Positions 46,136 to 55,801 of a stretch of 64,000 bases of DNA are shown piece after piece (position 1 is the stretch's first letter; each line of letters opens with the position of its first letter). Source of the DNA: an uncultured virus (IMG/VR IMGVR_UViG_3300046468_001198) (taxonomy: Duplodnaviria; Heunggongvirae; Uroviricota; Caudoviricetes); the IMG/VR virus record IMGVR_UViG_3300046468_001198; one strand, written 5' to 3'. The position numbers were made by a program, and so were the translations under genes. The notes beneath the pieces were generated by a model. It worked only from the letters and a program-made list of their open reading frames with translations. It had not been told where the DNA came from and ran no database searches.

Positions 46136-48019
46136 TTATATGCTTATCTGTTTTGTTTTCACTTTGAACTTTAACTTCGTTGTTGCATTTGCCGGAAGTG
46201 AACCACTAACATTACCTTTTACAAGGATTGTGTCAACAGTACTGTCTCCGTCTATATCACTTATTATAGCATCAAATGCAATGTTGTCAACATATATTTC
46301 GTCTCCAACAAAATCAAATTCATCTGAAACAGTAACGTTGGCTTGGTTATCCATCGTTATTCGCATATTTCCTGATCGCATACCTGTGTAACCTGTTGCT
46401 CCTTTTGCAACATAGTCAATATCAAAACTTTGATTAGCAAGTTTTGGAAGTCTAAATAGTGTTTGGTTTAGACCGTCTCTAATTGTTATTTCGTGTTCAA
46501 AACCCCAAACAAAGTGACATGGTCCGTCTACTTCAGGAATATAAGAAATACTTGTAATAATTGGTGATAGTACACTAAAATTAATTAAGCCGCTTGTCAA
46601 ATGTGGCAAGTTAACTGTAACTGTGTTAGTTGGTTGATCAACATCAGTAATGACTACAGTTGCCGCACCTAGTTCTCCAATACCGCTATCAACAGTAACA
46701 ATTTGTCCTGCTACTAAGTTTGAAGCATCTGTAACTGTAATAGTTGATTGTCCTGCTGTAATTGTAGAACTTGCTGTAATAATAGTACCTTGTGTATATG
46801 ATAACACTTTTGTTCTACTAAAGAAGTCTCCATCACTAGTATTACCTAGTCTTGTATATCTAATAATAGGATAAAGAGGTGACGCATCTGATGCACCGTC
46901 GTTACCACAAGTATTAAATTTATTGTTACGACTTACGTTATAAGTTCCTTCGTCAACAAGTATAGCTTCTCTATATACGTTTGTGAATACACAGTCTGAA
47001 ATAATATTGTTAGTTGGACCTACTGAAGTGCCATTTGCATTATTACCGTCAATTAGCATATCTTTACCAAATGTAAATCCATAACCTAAATTAGTAAAGT
47101 TTGATGTTGTCCATACGTTATCGTTTGTATCCCAATTAGATACAATGCCGTACATAAAGCCGTCAATGTGACAGTTAGTGAATTCGTTTCGAACAGTTTC
47201 AACTCCACCGTTCTTGCTGTTTATTCCTAGTCCAATACTAGTTGATGTAGAACTATCAAGGTCGATTCCGTCTGTACTTGTCCAACTGCCTGCAATCTGC
47301 ACATCTTGGAAGTAACTATCTCTACAACTTTGTAGTACAAGTCCGTTTGCTTTTACCGTACATTTTAGTGTCAATCCTTGCAAACGAATGTTTCTTGCTT
47401 GTGTGTTGTACTCTCCGTCTAGTACATAGTTACCAGGAGTACTTGAGTCGCTTACTGTAGTGAAAACACTTTTGCCAGCTGTTTCTTGTTGAATAACAGT
47501 TTTGCCAGATCCTGCACCAATAATTGTAGCGTGTGGCGGAACATAGATAGTGTCTGTAATTTTATATATACCAGCGGCAAGTTCTAATTTAACTCTATTG
47601 TTTACAGACGCTTCTACACCATTGTTTAGATATAATTGATCTATAGCTCTTTGTAAAAGTACAGTTGCGTCTTGAGTAATTTGTCCTGTAGTACCAAAAG
47701 ACCTAATATTAACATTGTCATCTAATCTTTCTTGTAAAGTTCTAACAATAGGATTAGTTGCGTCTGGACCTGTAACAATAGATCCGTCGCCTTCTCTGTA
47801 TGTGTAGTTTTTTGCAATCTCAAATAAGTCATCTTCTTCAGTTAGAATCTTTGTATTACCTACTGTAGGTGCGCCTTCTGCTACTGCACCATTACCTATA
47901 TAAAGTTCCTGTGAGTCAATTGCCCACCCAAGTTCACCTGAGGATAGTTGCGGTAGTCCACTACCGGTATTTTTCCTACCTCGTCTTATTTGTATTTTCG
48001 ATATTTGTACTACTGCCAC
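46136..48019 (-). CDS. probable virion structural protein (Mtd-N-like N-terminus + beta-helix)
   Basis: KIQIRRG...LPQL..GELGW..D..ELYIGNG; VNIRSFG...DAT..LQRAID...GIYKI...IIGAG. Confidence 0.75.
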   Translation of the reverse strand: MAVVQISKIQIRRGRKNTGSGLPQLSSGELGWAIDSQELYIGNGAVAEGAPTVGNTKILTEEDDLFEIAKNYTYREGDGSIVTGPDATNPIVRTLQERLDDNVNIRSFGTTGQITQDATVLLQRAIDQLYLNNGVEASVNNRVKLELAAGIYKITDTIYVPPHATIIGAGSGKTVIQQETAGKSVFTTVSDSSTPGNYVLDGEYNTQARNIRLQGLTLKCTVKANGLVLQSCRDSYFQDVQIAGSWTSTDGIDLDSSTSTSIGLGINSKNGGVETVRNEFTNCHIDGFMYGIVSNWDTNDNVWTTSNFTNLGYGFTFGKDMLIDGNNANGTSVGPTNNIISDCVFTNVYREAILVDEGTYNVSRNNKFNTCGNDGASDASPLYPIIRYTRLGNTSDGDFFSRTKVLSYTQGTIITASSTITAGQSTITVTDASNLVAGQIVTVDSGIGELGAATVVITDVDQPTNTVTVNLPHLTSGLINFSVLSPIITSISYIPEVDGPCHFVWGFEHEITIRDGLNQTLFRLPKLANQSFDIDYVAKGATGYTGMRSGNMRITMDNQANVTVSDEFDFVGDEIYVDNIAFDAIISDIDGDSTVDTILVKGNVSGSLPANATTKLKFKVKTKQISI

Positions 48020-48049
48020 GAGTGTCTCCTATACGCATTATTATTGTAT

Positions 48050-48730
48050 TTATGCGAACTTCTCGTAATATGTGTAGACTCTATCGTACCATTCATTGCG
48101 CCATTCGTCATATTCATCTGGCCAAATATCAAACTGTTGATACTCGCCTGCACGGCTACACATAAAGATGTGTCCTTCACGGATGTTAGTACCATAGATT
48201 TCGTTGTGTGCTTCAGCATATGCTGTTAACTGTAGGAAGTAATCTACTACCCATTCTAGTTTTTTGGGCTTGTTTGTTTGCTTGAAGTCCATAATTGCAG
48301 GCTGACCTTTATAAGTACCTACAAGGTCAGTAGTTCCTGCATACATATTGGGCATATACAAGTTAACTTCACTACCCCATATCTCATCAACATCATTCAT
48401 GGCTTTCTCTTTAATTTGAGTTGCCATCATATGAGCTTGCTGTGCATATGGGTTGGACCCTGGCTGTGGCCATTCACCAAACTCAACATAGTCTTCAAGA
48501 TACTTGTGCATCCTTGTGCCTACACTTGCGGCTTCTGTTACAATCTCTTGTGCCTTTTGTTCTCCAACACGCTTTCTCCAAGCAATAAGATGCGTTTTAT
48601 CTTTAGTAGCATCTAAAATAGTTGTAACACTCGCAACAGCATTGCCGTCCGGAGTTTGATATAATCGTTTTCCGTTTACTTGTTTTCGATTAATTGGTTT
48701 GTAGTCGTACTTGTCAATAATTAAAGTCAA
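48050..48730 (-). CDS. PD-(D/E)xK exonuclease (Cas4/RecB-like)
   Basis: SVTTIL, GTRMH, AGTTDLVG, IMDFKQ, QLTAY. Confidence 0.88.
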   Translation of the reverse strand: MTLIIDKYDYKPINRKQVNGKRLYQTPDGNAVASVTTILDATKDKTHLIAWRKRVGEQKAQEIVTEAASVGTRMHKYLEDYVEFGEWPQPGSNPYAQQAHMMATQIKEKAMNDVDEIWGSEVNLYMPNMYAGTTDLVGTYKGQPAIMDFKQTNKPKKLEWVVDYFLQLTAYAEAHNEIYGTNIREGHIFMCSRAGEYQQFDIWPDEYDEWRNEWYDRVYTYYEKFA

Positions 48731-48793
48731 TATAAATTCCTCATTCAACTTATAGTATATACTAAAGTTGTAATTTTGTCAAGTAGTTATTGA

Positions 48794-49141
48794 TTAAAGT
48801 TTGGCGCCTACGTCTGTAGCACGTTTAGCCATTGTACTAACTGGGTCAGCACCTGTATCTGGCTTACTTGGATCGCGGTGACTTTTATTCATAGCAGTCA
48901 TTGGTTCAATGCCATCTTGATTAAAGTCTTTGACCATTGTTTTAATTCTTGGATCGCTGTCGTATGCTGACTTAAATGTTTCGTAGTCAAATTGCTCTGC
49001 GCCTACATTTTGCATTAGTTTGTTTAGATCTAAGTTCTTCATACCAGATTTGGTATTTGTAGTTGGAGTATTGAAGTGTAAAAAGACAGATTGTTTAGTA
49101 GTATCCGCACTGCCTATTACTGTTCGCAAGACTTGTATCAA
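48794..49141 (-). CDS. hypothetical protein; may be expressed as a -1 frameshift extension of the upstream gene
   Basis: TTG without SD; frame is open through the A10 run at the end of the upstream gene. Confidence 0.7.
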   Translation of the reverse strand: MIQVLRTVIGSADTTKQSVFLHFNTPTTNTKSGMKNLDLNKLMQNVGAEQFDYETFKSAYDSDPRIKTMVKDFNQDGIEPMTAMNKSHRDPSKPDTGADPVSTMAKRATDVGAKL

Positions 49142-49164
49142 CTTCTGCGAGTCAATATTCTCAC

Positions 49165-50178
49165 TTATTTTTTTTTTGAAAGAATGGTACCTAATTTGCG
49201 ACTTCTCTCTACAATGGATTTTTTCTTATGTAGTTTTGATTCTCTCTTAGCACGACCTGCTTCATCTTCGCCACCTGCGGCTGGTGCCGCTGCCGCAAAC
49301 TCGTCATCGTTATCTAGAGCTAAGTCTAAGTCGCCGCCGACTGTGTCATCATCAGTAGTTGGCTCCATGTCCATTGCTGGTTCATCGCCCATCATCATAT
49401 CGCCTGCGCCTTCACCAGTTAGTATTTGTACGCCAGCAGTTAATGTGCCACGACATGCTTCCATTGCTTCATACATGCCTTCTAGCGACGGTTTAACTGA
49501 TTGCGAAAACTGATCTGCTTTTTCTTGACCATGTTCGTCACGAATAGCGTCTGCTAGTTCTAGCATGGATTCAGTTTGCATTTCTGCTGTGTCTTCCATC
49601 CAACCTGTAACACGGTCTACCATGTCTTTGGCTGCCATTACTAGTTCTGCTTCGTCTTCTTTGCCTTCTTTTACTTTTTTCTTTTTCTTGCCGTATGCGC
49701 CTTCGTCTGTTTTCTTATCTTTTTTGGCGTCTTTTACTGCTTTCTTCATAGGCTCTTTCTTGTCGCCATCTTTGTCAATATCGATGTAATCAGGCTTAGC
49801 TGATTCTTTTACTGAATTGCAATCGCAACTTTCACATGTTGGTTTACATGTGCAATCTTCTGCTTTTACGTCTGCACCACAGCAATCATCGGAACAATAT
49901 CCCGCTTTGGCTTCGTTTACGTTGCGCTCCTCACGCTCTGCTATTTCTGCATTCAATACGTCTAGGAAGAGTTTTGACTTTTGATATGCTTCATTTCGTA
50001 CACTGTCAAAACTTTCATTTGTTTCAACATTGAAAATCTTAGTACGCATTTTATTTCTTACGTCTTCTAATTGTTCTATCGTATATGCTTCTAAGTTTAG
50101 CTTCTGGCCAAACTTCTTCGCAAGGCTTTCGTTCAAGCTCTTTGCTGTAACTGGTTTTGAAATTTCTCTTATGTTCAT
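49165..50178 (-). CDS. probable head/scaffold-associated protein with Cys-rich and EF-hand-like inserts
   Basis: Charged helical protein; CSDDCC...CTC..CESCDC; DIDKDGDKKE. Confidence 0.65.
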   Translation of the reverse strand: MNIREISKPVTAKSLNESLAKKFGQKLNLEAYTIEQLEDVRNKMRTKIFNVETNESFDSVRNEAYQKSKLFLDVLNAEIAEREERNVNEAKAGYCSDDCCGADVKAEDCTCKPTCESCDCNSVKESAKPDYIDIDKDGDKKEPMKKAVKDAKKDKKTDEGAYGKKKKKVKEGKEDEAELVMAAKDMVDRVTGWMEDTAEMQTESMLELADAIRDEHGQEKADQFSQSVKPSLEGMYEAMEACRGTLTAGVQILTGEGAGDMMMGDEPAMDMEPTTDDDTVGGDLDLALDNDDEFAAAAPAAGGEDEAGRAKRESKLHKKKSIVERSRKLGTILSKKK

Positions 50179-50232
50179 TACATTCTTCCTAATGTATTAT
50201 GCTTTATAATTTATTTAGCCTTTTTAACTACT

Positions 50233-50667
50233 TTAGCTATAAATGTATTTATCTAATTGACTCCGGGCATGTTCCGTTTCTGTTTTAGCAATATCATATC
50301 TAGTATGTGCAACATCTGCTTTTATTGGATCATCTGTTTGTTGTATAGTATTGCGATAAAACATACAATCATTATACCATTTTTCAACCTTTCGATCTAT
50401 CCTAAGAATACATTCATGTGCTGATCTGTCTTCTTCGTGTTGCGATGTATACTTTGCTAGTGCTACTGCCGCAGTTTTTGAGAACGTTTCTGCTATCATA
50501 CAGTTTAGTTCACAGTCAAATACTTTATGTCCGTACTTTGTTGTTCGTATTGCGTACTTTCCTATTCTTATCGAGTTGCCTTTTTTATAAGGAAACATCG
50601 AAGGATCAATAGACGCATTAACGATTTTTTCTAAATCGCTAAGAAGATTCTTAGATTTTGTGATCAT
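50233..50667 (-). CDS. hypothetical protein
   Basis: ORF chain. Confidence 0.75.
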   Translation of the reverse strand: MITKSKNLLSDLEKIVNASIDPSMFPYKKGNSIRIGKYAIRTTKYGHKVFDCELNCMIAETFSKTAAVALAKYTSQHEEDRSAHECILRIDRKVEKWYNDCMFYRNTIQQTDDPIKADVAHTRYDIAKTETEHARSQLDKYIYS

Positions 50668-50860
50668 TTTTTACAACCAGTACCTGTCCGTTAGATATAA
50701 CTTTACTTACTAAACTCTTTCTTATTAGGTTCTGAATAATGAATTGTTCTCTCTCATTAAACTGAGCTAATGCCGATTTCTCGTTCATAGTTTCGTAAAT
50801 ACTTCGCTCTTCATTCGTAATAAAAATTTCAAACGAATTTATTAGTTCGTTGATCTTCAT
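50651..50860 (-). CDS. hypothetical protein
   Basis: MKINELI start. Confidence 0.75.
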   Translation of the reverse strand: MKINELINSFEIFITNEERSIYETMNEKSALAQFNEREQFIIQNLIRKSLVSKVISNGQVLVVKNDHKI

Positions 50861-50862
50861 TA

Positions 50863-51105
50863 CTAATCAGTTTCTATATCTATTTTCTCGCCTGGGCGAG
50901 GTGTTCGGGGTTGGTTGTTGTTACCTTGCTTCATTGAGCTGTTGCTTGGCTTGGTAACTTTAAGTTTTCCTTGTTGGTCACGCTGGATTGCTTGAGGATT
51001 TTTCTTAGTATCAATTACGGTCTTGGTTCCATCACCATGATCTAACTCAACTTCGTTGCCCTGTGCTCTGCTTACCTTTGCTTGTGTGACTTCGAAAACT
51101 TTCAT
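50863..51105 (-). CDS. hypothetical protein
   Basis: MKVFEV start. Confidence 0.7.
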   Translation of the reverse strand: MKVFEVTQAKVSRAQGNEVELDHGDGTKTVIDTKKNPQAIQRDQQGKLKVTKPSNSSMKQGNNNQPRTPRPGEKIDIETD

Positions 51106-51107
51106 TT

Positions 51108-51395
51108 TTATCTTCTTTTGTTCAATGCTTGTACTCTTTTACTAGCAGGATTAATTCGTTTTGTACGTTTAATCTTTTTAGCTAGTCTAGGTCCAAGTCT
51201 TGCTTTCATAACTTTTAGTACTTTGCTTTGTTTCATGTTTGGAGCGGCAAAGCACTGTGACATTTTTGCTACTACACGACCTTTTCTACGGCCACTAGTA
51301 CAACGATACTTGCGCACCACGTTCTTTCCTGAACGTGCCCACACTTGTTTCTCGTCTATTTGGGTTGGTTGTGTATAAAACTCTCTTAATAGCAT
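51108..51395 (-). CDS. basic hypothetical protein
   Basis: MLLREF start 5 nt after TAAATA; RCTSGRRKGRVV...C. Confidence 0.75.
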   Translation of the reverse strand: MLLREFYTQPTQIDEKQVWARSGKNVVRKYRCTSGRRKGRVVAKMSQCFAAPNMKQSKVLKVMKARLGPRLAKKIKRTKRINPASKRVQALNKRR

Positions 51396-51416
51396 GTTTC
51401 TATTTAGCTCCAAGTA

Positions 51417-51656
51417 TTACATCTGCATTACTATTACGATTACAGTAGATAAAAGTCCTGCAATAATAGTACCTGCTGTACCAATTAAGACTTTTGTCAT
51501 TGATGATTGACCGTTAATAATATCTTGATGGATGTGTTCCATCTTTTCTTCGACTGTGATAAGACGCTTATCCAACGCGGCATAACGCAAAGCGCATAAG
51601 TCTACGTGTGCTTCTAAACTTTGTCTTTCTAAATCTGTAGTTGGCAAATCCGCCAT
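51417..51656 (-). CDS. small coiled-coil + TM protein (holin-like)
   Basis: SLEAHVDLCALRY, C-terminal TM, GGAGG SD. Confidence 0.7.
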   Translation of the reverse strand: MADLPTTDLERQSLEAHVDLCALRYAALDKRLITVEEKMEHIHQDIINGQSSMTKVLIGTAGTIIAGLLSTVIVIVMQM

Positions 51657-51736
51657 AATACTCCTCCGTTAAAGTAAACTCCTACGTTGCCCTTCATATG
51701 CCTAAAGTTGTATTATATTAGTTGCCTTGTACACTG

Positions 51737-52129
51737 TTATTTATCCGTACGCTCAAATAATATATTAGTAAATTTATTATCTAATGTGACAAACATCTTA
51801 TTCTTTAATTTAATAGTTTCGTCTAAACCTGCAATAATCGGAACCATATGAAAATCTTCAATCATTAAATCAGTATTAGTTGAATCTATCTGTTCAACTT
51901 CAAAGTCAACGGTCCAAACCATTTGCTTGTTTTTGTACTCACTTCCGAATCCTAAATTTGCTACTGCAACTTTTTCATTAGTAACAGTAAATCTATCTGG
52001 ATTAGTTCTTAATCCAAGTGTATTGTATAAGGTATTAAAGTTTGCTTGTTGATTGACAAGTTTAGGATGCTCGTGTCTACGTACATCTGTCTTAGTAACG
52101 TCTATCAATGTTTGGATAGTAAATTTCAT
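51737..52129 (-). CDS. hypothetical (probable late) protein
   Basis: TLIDVT...QQANFNT; TAAATA 4 nt upstream. Confidence 0.75.
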   Translation of the reverse strand: MKFTIQTLIDVTKTDVRRHEHPKLVNQQANFNTLYNTLGLRTNPDRFTVTNEKVAVANLGFGSEYKNKQMVWTVDFEVEQIDSTNTDLMIEDFHMVPIIAGLDETIKLKNKMFVTLDNKFTNILFERTDK

Positions 52130-52146
52130 ACTGTATTTACAGTCAT

Positions 52147-52178
52147 AAAAAAAGGGTCCAGTAAAAACTGAACCCTTT
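52147..52178 (-). terminator. intrinsic terminator
   Basis: GGGTTCAG-TTTTTA-CTGGACCC followed by T7. Confidence 0.75.
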
Positions 52179-52199
52179 AGTCCTAAGGTATTAGGTTAA

Positions 52200-52451
52200 T
52201 TAAGCGGCAAATGTTGCTACTAGTGAAATTCCACTAACTGCTTCTGCGCCACCTGGCCCACCTTGTACTGCAACGTGGTTGCCGTCTGCTGTACCTTCAA
52301 CACCAGCGATTGTTCCGCCGTATGTTGTAGTGATTGAATCACATGCTGCCGCTACTGTAATTGTTCCAGTTGCTACTGCATAGATGTATGTTGTTGGGCC
52401 AATGCCACTCTTTGCAACTACTGCCGCATTTGGGTTTGATACTACTGCCAT
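52200..52451 (-). CDS. small Ala/Gly/Thr-rich probable virion protein
   Basis: Composition, AGGAG SD, own terminator. Confidence 0.65.
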   Translation of the reverse strand: MAVVSNPNAAVVAKSGIGPTTYIYAVATGTITVAAACDSITTTYGGTIAGVEGTADGNHVAVQGGPGGAEAVSGISLVATFAA

Positions 52452-52536
52452 TTTATTTCTCCTGTTTTCTCTAAATGGTCAACTCTACTCTCTGTAAAGT
52501 TATACATATGTATTTACCATTTAGACAAAAAATACC

Positions 52537-52890
52537 CTAATTAGATGCTCTTTTGGCTCGTTGATGTAGGCTTTTTAGTAGATTTATGTATCCAGGACCT
52601 GCTTTTACAATATCATGTATCATTTCAACAGCTGGTTTGTATCCATTTGCTATATTAGTTGGCACAGTTTGGCCTGCTTGTATCTTATCAACTGCAAGTT
52701 TAGCTTTTAATGCATTAGACTTGCCTACAAGGAAACCGTACAGAGCAATTTCACGCTGACTTACACGTTGTTCAATTCTATCTAACGCATCTTCGTCAAG
52801 GTTTTCTAAGTCTAAACTTTCAATCATTTGTTTGATGTCATCGTCTAGAAGTATTTCTGAACCGTTTTCTATAGCTTGGATAAACTCCAT
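52537..52890 (-). CDS. hypothetical protein
   Basis: ORF chain. Confidence 0.75.
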   Translation of the reverse strand: MEFIQAIENGSEILLDDDIKQMIESLDLENLDEDALDRIEQRVSQREIALYGFLVGKSNALKAKLAVDKIQAGQTVPTNIANGYKPAVEMIHDIVKAGPGYINLLKSLHQRAKRASN

Positions 52891-53324
52891 TACATTTTGT
52901 CTCTTGCCGCTTGATCTGCTGCCATTGCATCCATTTCGTCGTCAGCACCTGATGTAAAATCATCATCGCCTTCGTCATCTAGTCCGCCATCTTTATGATC
53001 TGCTTTGAAGTCGCCGGTAGTTTGTGCAATCTTCTCAGCAAATGCTAACATCTTTTTAATTACATTTGGTGTTGCTCCAGTTTTCTTTACTAGATCTTCC
53101 AAACTGCTTGCACCATAAGTTGTGCCATAGTTTGTAAGTTGATCACCAACTTTTGACATTAAGTTTGATAGTGCATCATCTTTTTGTGTCACTGCCTGGT
53201 CCATTAGTATTCTGCCGTACTTGGCTAATTTCTTTTCTAATGGCGAAGATTCAAAGCCTTCGTCAAGTACATCTTTAGTAATATCATTAAGATGTGCTTC
53301 ATATTCTTTCATGTAGTTTTTCAT
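52890..53324 (-). CDS. hypothetical protein
   Basis: ORF chain. Confidence 0.75.
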   Translation of the reverse strand: MKNYMKEYEAHLNDITKDVLDEGFESSPLEKKLAKYGRILMDQAVTQKDDALSNLMSKVGDQLTNYGTTYGASSLEDLVKKTGATPNVIKKMLAFAEKIAQTTGDFKADHKDGGLDDEGDDDFTSGADDEMDAMAADQAARDKM

Positions 53325-54557
53325 TTATCTCTCCACTGCTCTGTTGTGTTTTGTAAAAAATTCTCTAGGAACAAGTTTAATATCGCCCCCTGGATGTGCA
53401 AGTACATAGCCTTCGCCGCCCTTTTCACCTTTGATAGTAGCCGTAATATCAGCTTCTTGATCTTCTAGTTGATTAATAATGTTGTCTTTAACTTTCATTA
53501 TTCCATGTACTAGATCCCACATAGCATTAAACCCTTCAACATTGTTATTAATTATCTCAATAACCTTTTGTTGTTTAGGCTTACTGACTTTAGATGTTGC
53601 AAGCCAACCTGCAAAGTCTTGTGCTAAGTTTTTAATACCTGAATCAACTCTTGAATTCATATAGGTATAAAATATTTGTGACAAGTCTGATAGTCCTTGT
53701 CTCTTTTCAAGTATAGCATCAATTGAAGGACCGTGCTTTGTTACCATTGCTTGTAATGTTTTAAGTTGTGAGTCGTCAACACTTGGCGGTTCTTGTGCTA
53801 CTACCGGTGGCAACACTAATACTTCATTACCTTGAAATATGTTTGTATCTCTTAATGGTCCTTCAGCACCTGATATGTCTGCTTCTCTATGTATAACAAT
53901 TCCAGTCTTGCTCATTCCAATACGCTTGCCAATGTCACTGTCTTGTTTTACTGAATAAGTTACAATGTTTGGCGTAAACACATAATGCCCGTCTTGTATT
54001 TCAGGTGTGTTAAAATATAACAAGTCACCTTTAAAGAATCCTCTGTAGTCTTTAGGAACTGCTTTTTCATACTCGTCGTACACGTCTACCATGTTAGCAA
54101 TGAATGGGCCATACCCTTCTGGATTCTTTGCATAGCCTGGACGGTTCTTTAACATCTGTGCTAGTTCTTTTGCTGATTTGGCTTTGCCATCGTATCCTTT
54201 TGCACTGAAGCCTGACTTATCTGTAAAAACAAAGTTACCATCTGCGTCACGTCCAAATATTACAGCCGGTGAGCCGTCCCATTTAATTGTTACATCTTTA
54301 TGTGAACCTTGTTCTAAACTTTTTAAACTTTCAATAGCACGTACTGCACCTTGCGATCCTTCACGGAAAACTAAGTCTTCCATGTGTTGTATACGAGCTT
54401 CTGCTTCGTTGACTATTGCTTCGCCTACTAGTTTATCTTGTAGTGGATGCTTTTTACGTCCTGGTGTTGCTTTTGGCATTGGATCTTTGCCTTTGGCTTG
54501 TCCTGCACTGCCAGTTTTTTGCTTACGTTCTACAAGTTTAAAATCTGTGTATCTCAT
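53325..54557 (-). CDS. DUF6267-type protein with ATP-dependent RNA-ligase-like motifs
   Basis: TIKWDGSPA (KxDG), FKGDLLY, GEGYV, IKLV. Confidence 0.65.
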   Translation of the reverse strand: MRYTDFKLVERKQKTGSAGQAKGKDPMPKATPGRKKHPLQDKLVGEAIVNEAEARIQHMEDLVFREGSQGAVRAIESLKSLEQGSHKDVTIKWDGSPAVIFGRDADGNFVFTDKSGFSAKGYDGKAKSAKELAQMLKNRPGYAKNPEGYGPFIANMVDVYDEYEKAVPKDYRGFFKGDLLYFNTPEIQDGHYVFTPNIVTYSVKQDSDIGKRIGMSKTGIVIHREADISGAEGPLRDTNIFQGNEVLVLPPVVAQEPPSVDDSQLKTLQAMVTKHGPSIDAILEKRQGLSDLSQIFYTYMNSRVDSGIKNLAQDFAGWLATSKVSKPKQQKVIEIINNNVEGFNAMWDLVHGIMKVKDNIINQLEDQEADITATIKGEKGGEGYVLAHPGGDIKLVPREFFTKHNRAVER

Positions 54558-55462
54558 TAACAAATCATCCTTGTACTGTTTAACAAGGTACCACTTAGTT
54601 CTTTAATACGCTCAAGTTGTACATCAGCTAAACTTTCTTGTTTAACTAAATCATCTGGCACGCCAATGTCTTGCACTTGTTTATTATCTGCAAAACTATC
54701 TAAAATCTTTTCAACCATCTCCGGTGCATAATTTTTTTCAATTGCGGCTTTTAAACTTTCGTATGAGTTTAAATCTTCTGGTCCGTTAAGACCTAATGCT
54801 TTTGCAATTTCTGGTGCTGTTTGAATTGGATTCCCAATTACTGTGTTTAAATTTGCTTTTGTATACCCGTCGCCCTTTGCTTTAGGTTTTGGTACACGTT
54901 TAATTCTTACTAAGCCTTTGTCTGGTGCCCACATCCAACGCTCTACTTCTACAGGACGACCATCGTCAATCTTTTCTTCTGATGCATCACGTTGGTAAAT
55001 TGCACAAATAGTAGCAATCATAATGTTACGGAACACACCTTTGTATTTGCTTTCGTCGGCACTTGGTGAGTGGTAATAAGTTTTCATCCAACCTGGGTCG
55101 CCTGGCATAAAGTCTACCTGTACTGTGCCTGTTCGCTCGCCGTGTTTTGGATCATCACTTTGTTTGTTAGGATCAAACCCAATAATATCAACACTTGTCA
55201 TTATAATACTAGTTTTTTGAAGAGCTTTAATTAATGAACTAGCTTCTAACTTTTTAATTAGTTCTGGAATATCTTCTGGTGCAACTTGTATGGCAACATC
55301 AATGTCGCCGCTGAATTCTTTCTTTCCAACACTACCTAGAACATTGTTCTTTAGGTCAATACCTAAATCTTTTTCTAGTGCGTCAAGAGTAGGATTAATT
55401 TCATCTATATGAATTGGTCCTACATTAGGCATAGATCCGCCTTCTAGCAATTTATTGGTCAT
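54557..55462 (-). CDS. Pol-beta-superfamily nucleotidyltransferase-like protein
   Basis: LGSVGKKEFSGDIDVA...VQVDFM. Confidence 0.7.
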   Translation of the reverse strand: MTNKLLEGGSMPNVGPIHIDEINPTLDALEKDLGIDLKNNVLGSVGKKEFSGDIDVAIQVAPEDIPELIKKLEASSLIKALQKTSIIMTSVDIIGFDPNKQSDDPKHGERTGTVQVDFMPGDPGWMKTYYHSPSADESKYKGVFRNIMIATICAIYQRDASEEKIDDGRPVEVERWMWAPDKGLVRIKRVPKPKAKGDGYTKANLNTVIGNPIQTAPEIAKALGLNGPEDLNSYESLKAAIEKNYAPEMVEKILDSFADNKQVQDIGVPDDLVKQESLADVQLERIKELSGTLLNSTRMIC

Positions 55463-55715
55463 TGTGTTTGTTCTCAATTACTTTTGTAATACTACGTTTA
55501 AATTTACGTGGATCGCCTGTTCTAATACTATTTAGAAAACGTCTTTCTAATTCACTTGCTGTATCTGCATCATAAGTTTTTGAAATCTTATTTAAAAGAT
55601 TAATAGCACTTTCAATGATGTTGCTTCCACTTGCTTCTATCAAATGGTCTTGACTTCTACGAGAACGATCTAAATTGTTCAGTTCTTCAAGTATGCTTCT
55701 AGTACGTTTTCTCAT
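55452..55715 (-). CDS. hypothetical protein
   Basis: MRKRTRSILEEL, GGAG SD. Confidence 0.75.
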   Translation of the reverse strand: MRKRTRSILEELNNLDRSRRSQDHLIEASGSNIIESAINLLNKISKTYDADTASELERRFLNSIRTGDPRKFKRSITKVIENKHNDQ

Positions 55716-55801
55716 ATCTCTACTCTCCGTATTACTATTTAGCGTTCAAATTAATAAATATTGCAGTACATGAGTTAACTTGTACTATATGAGGGAGTAT
55801 T

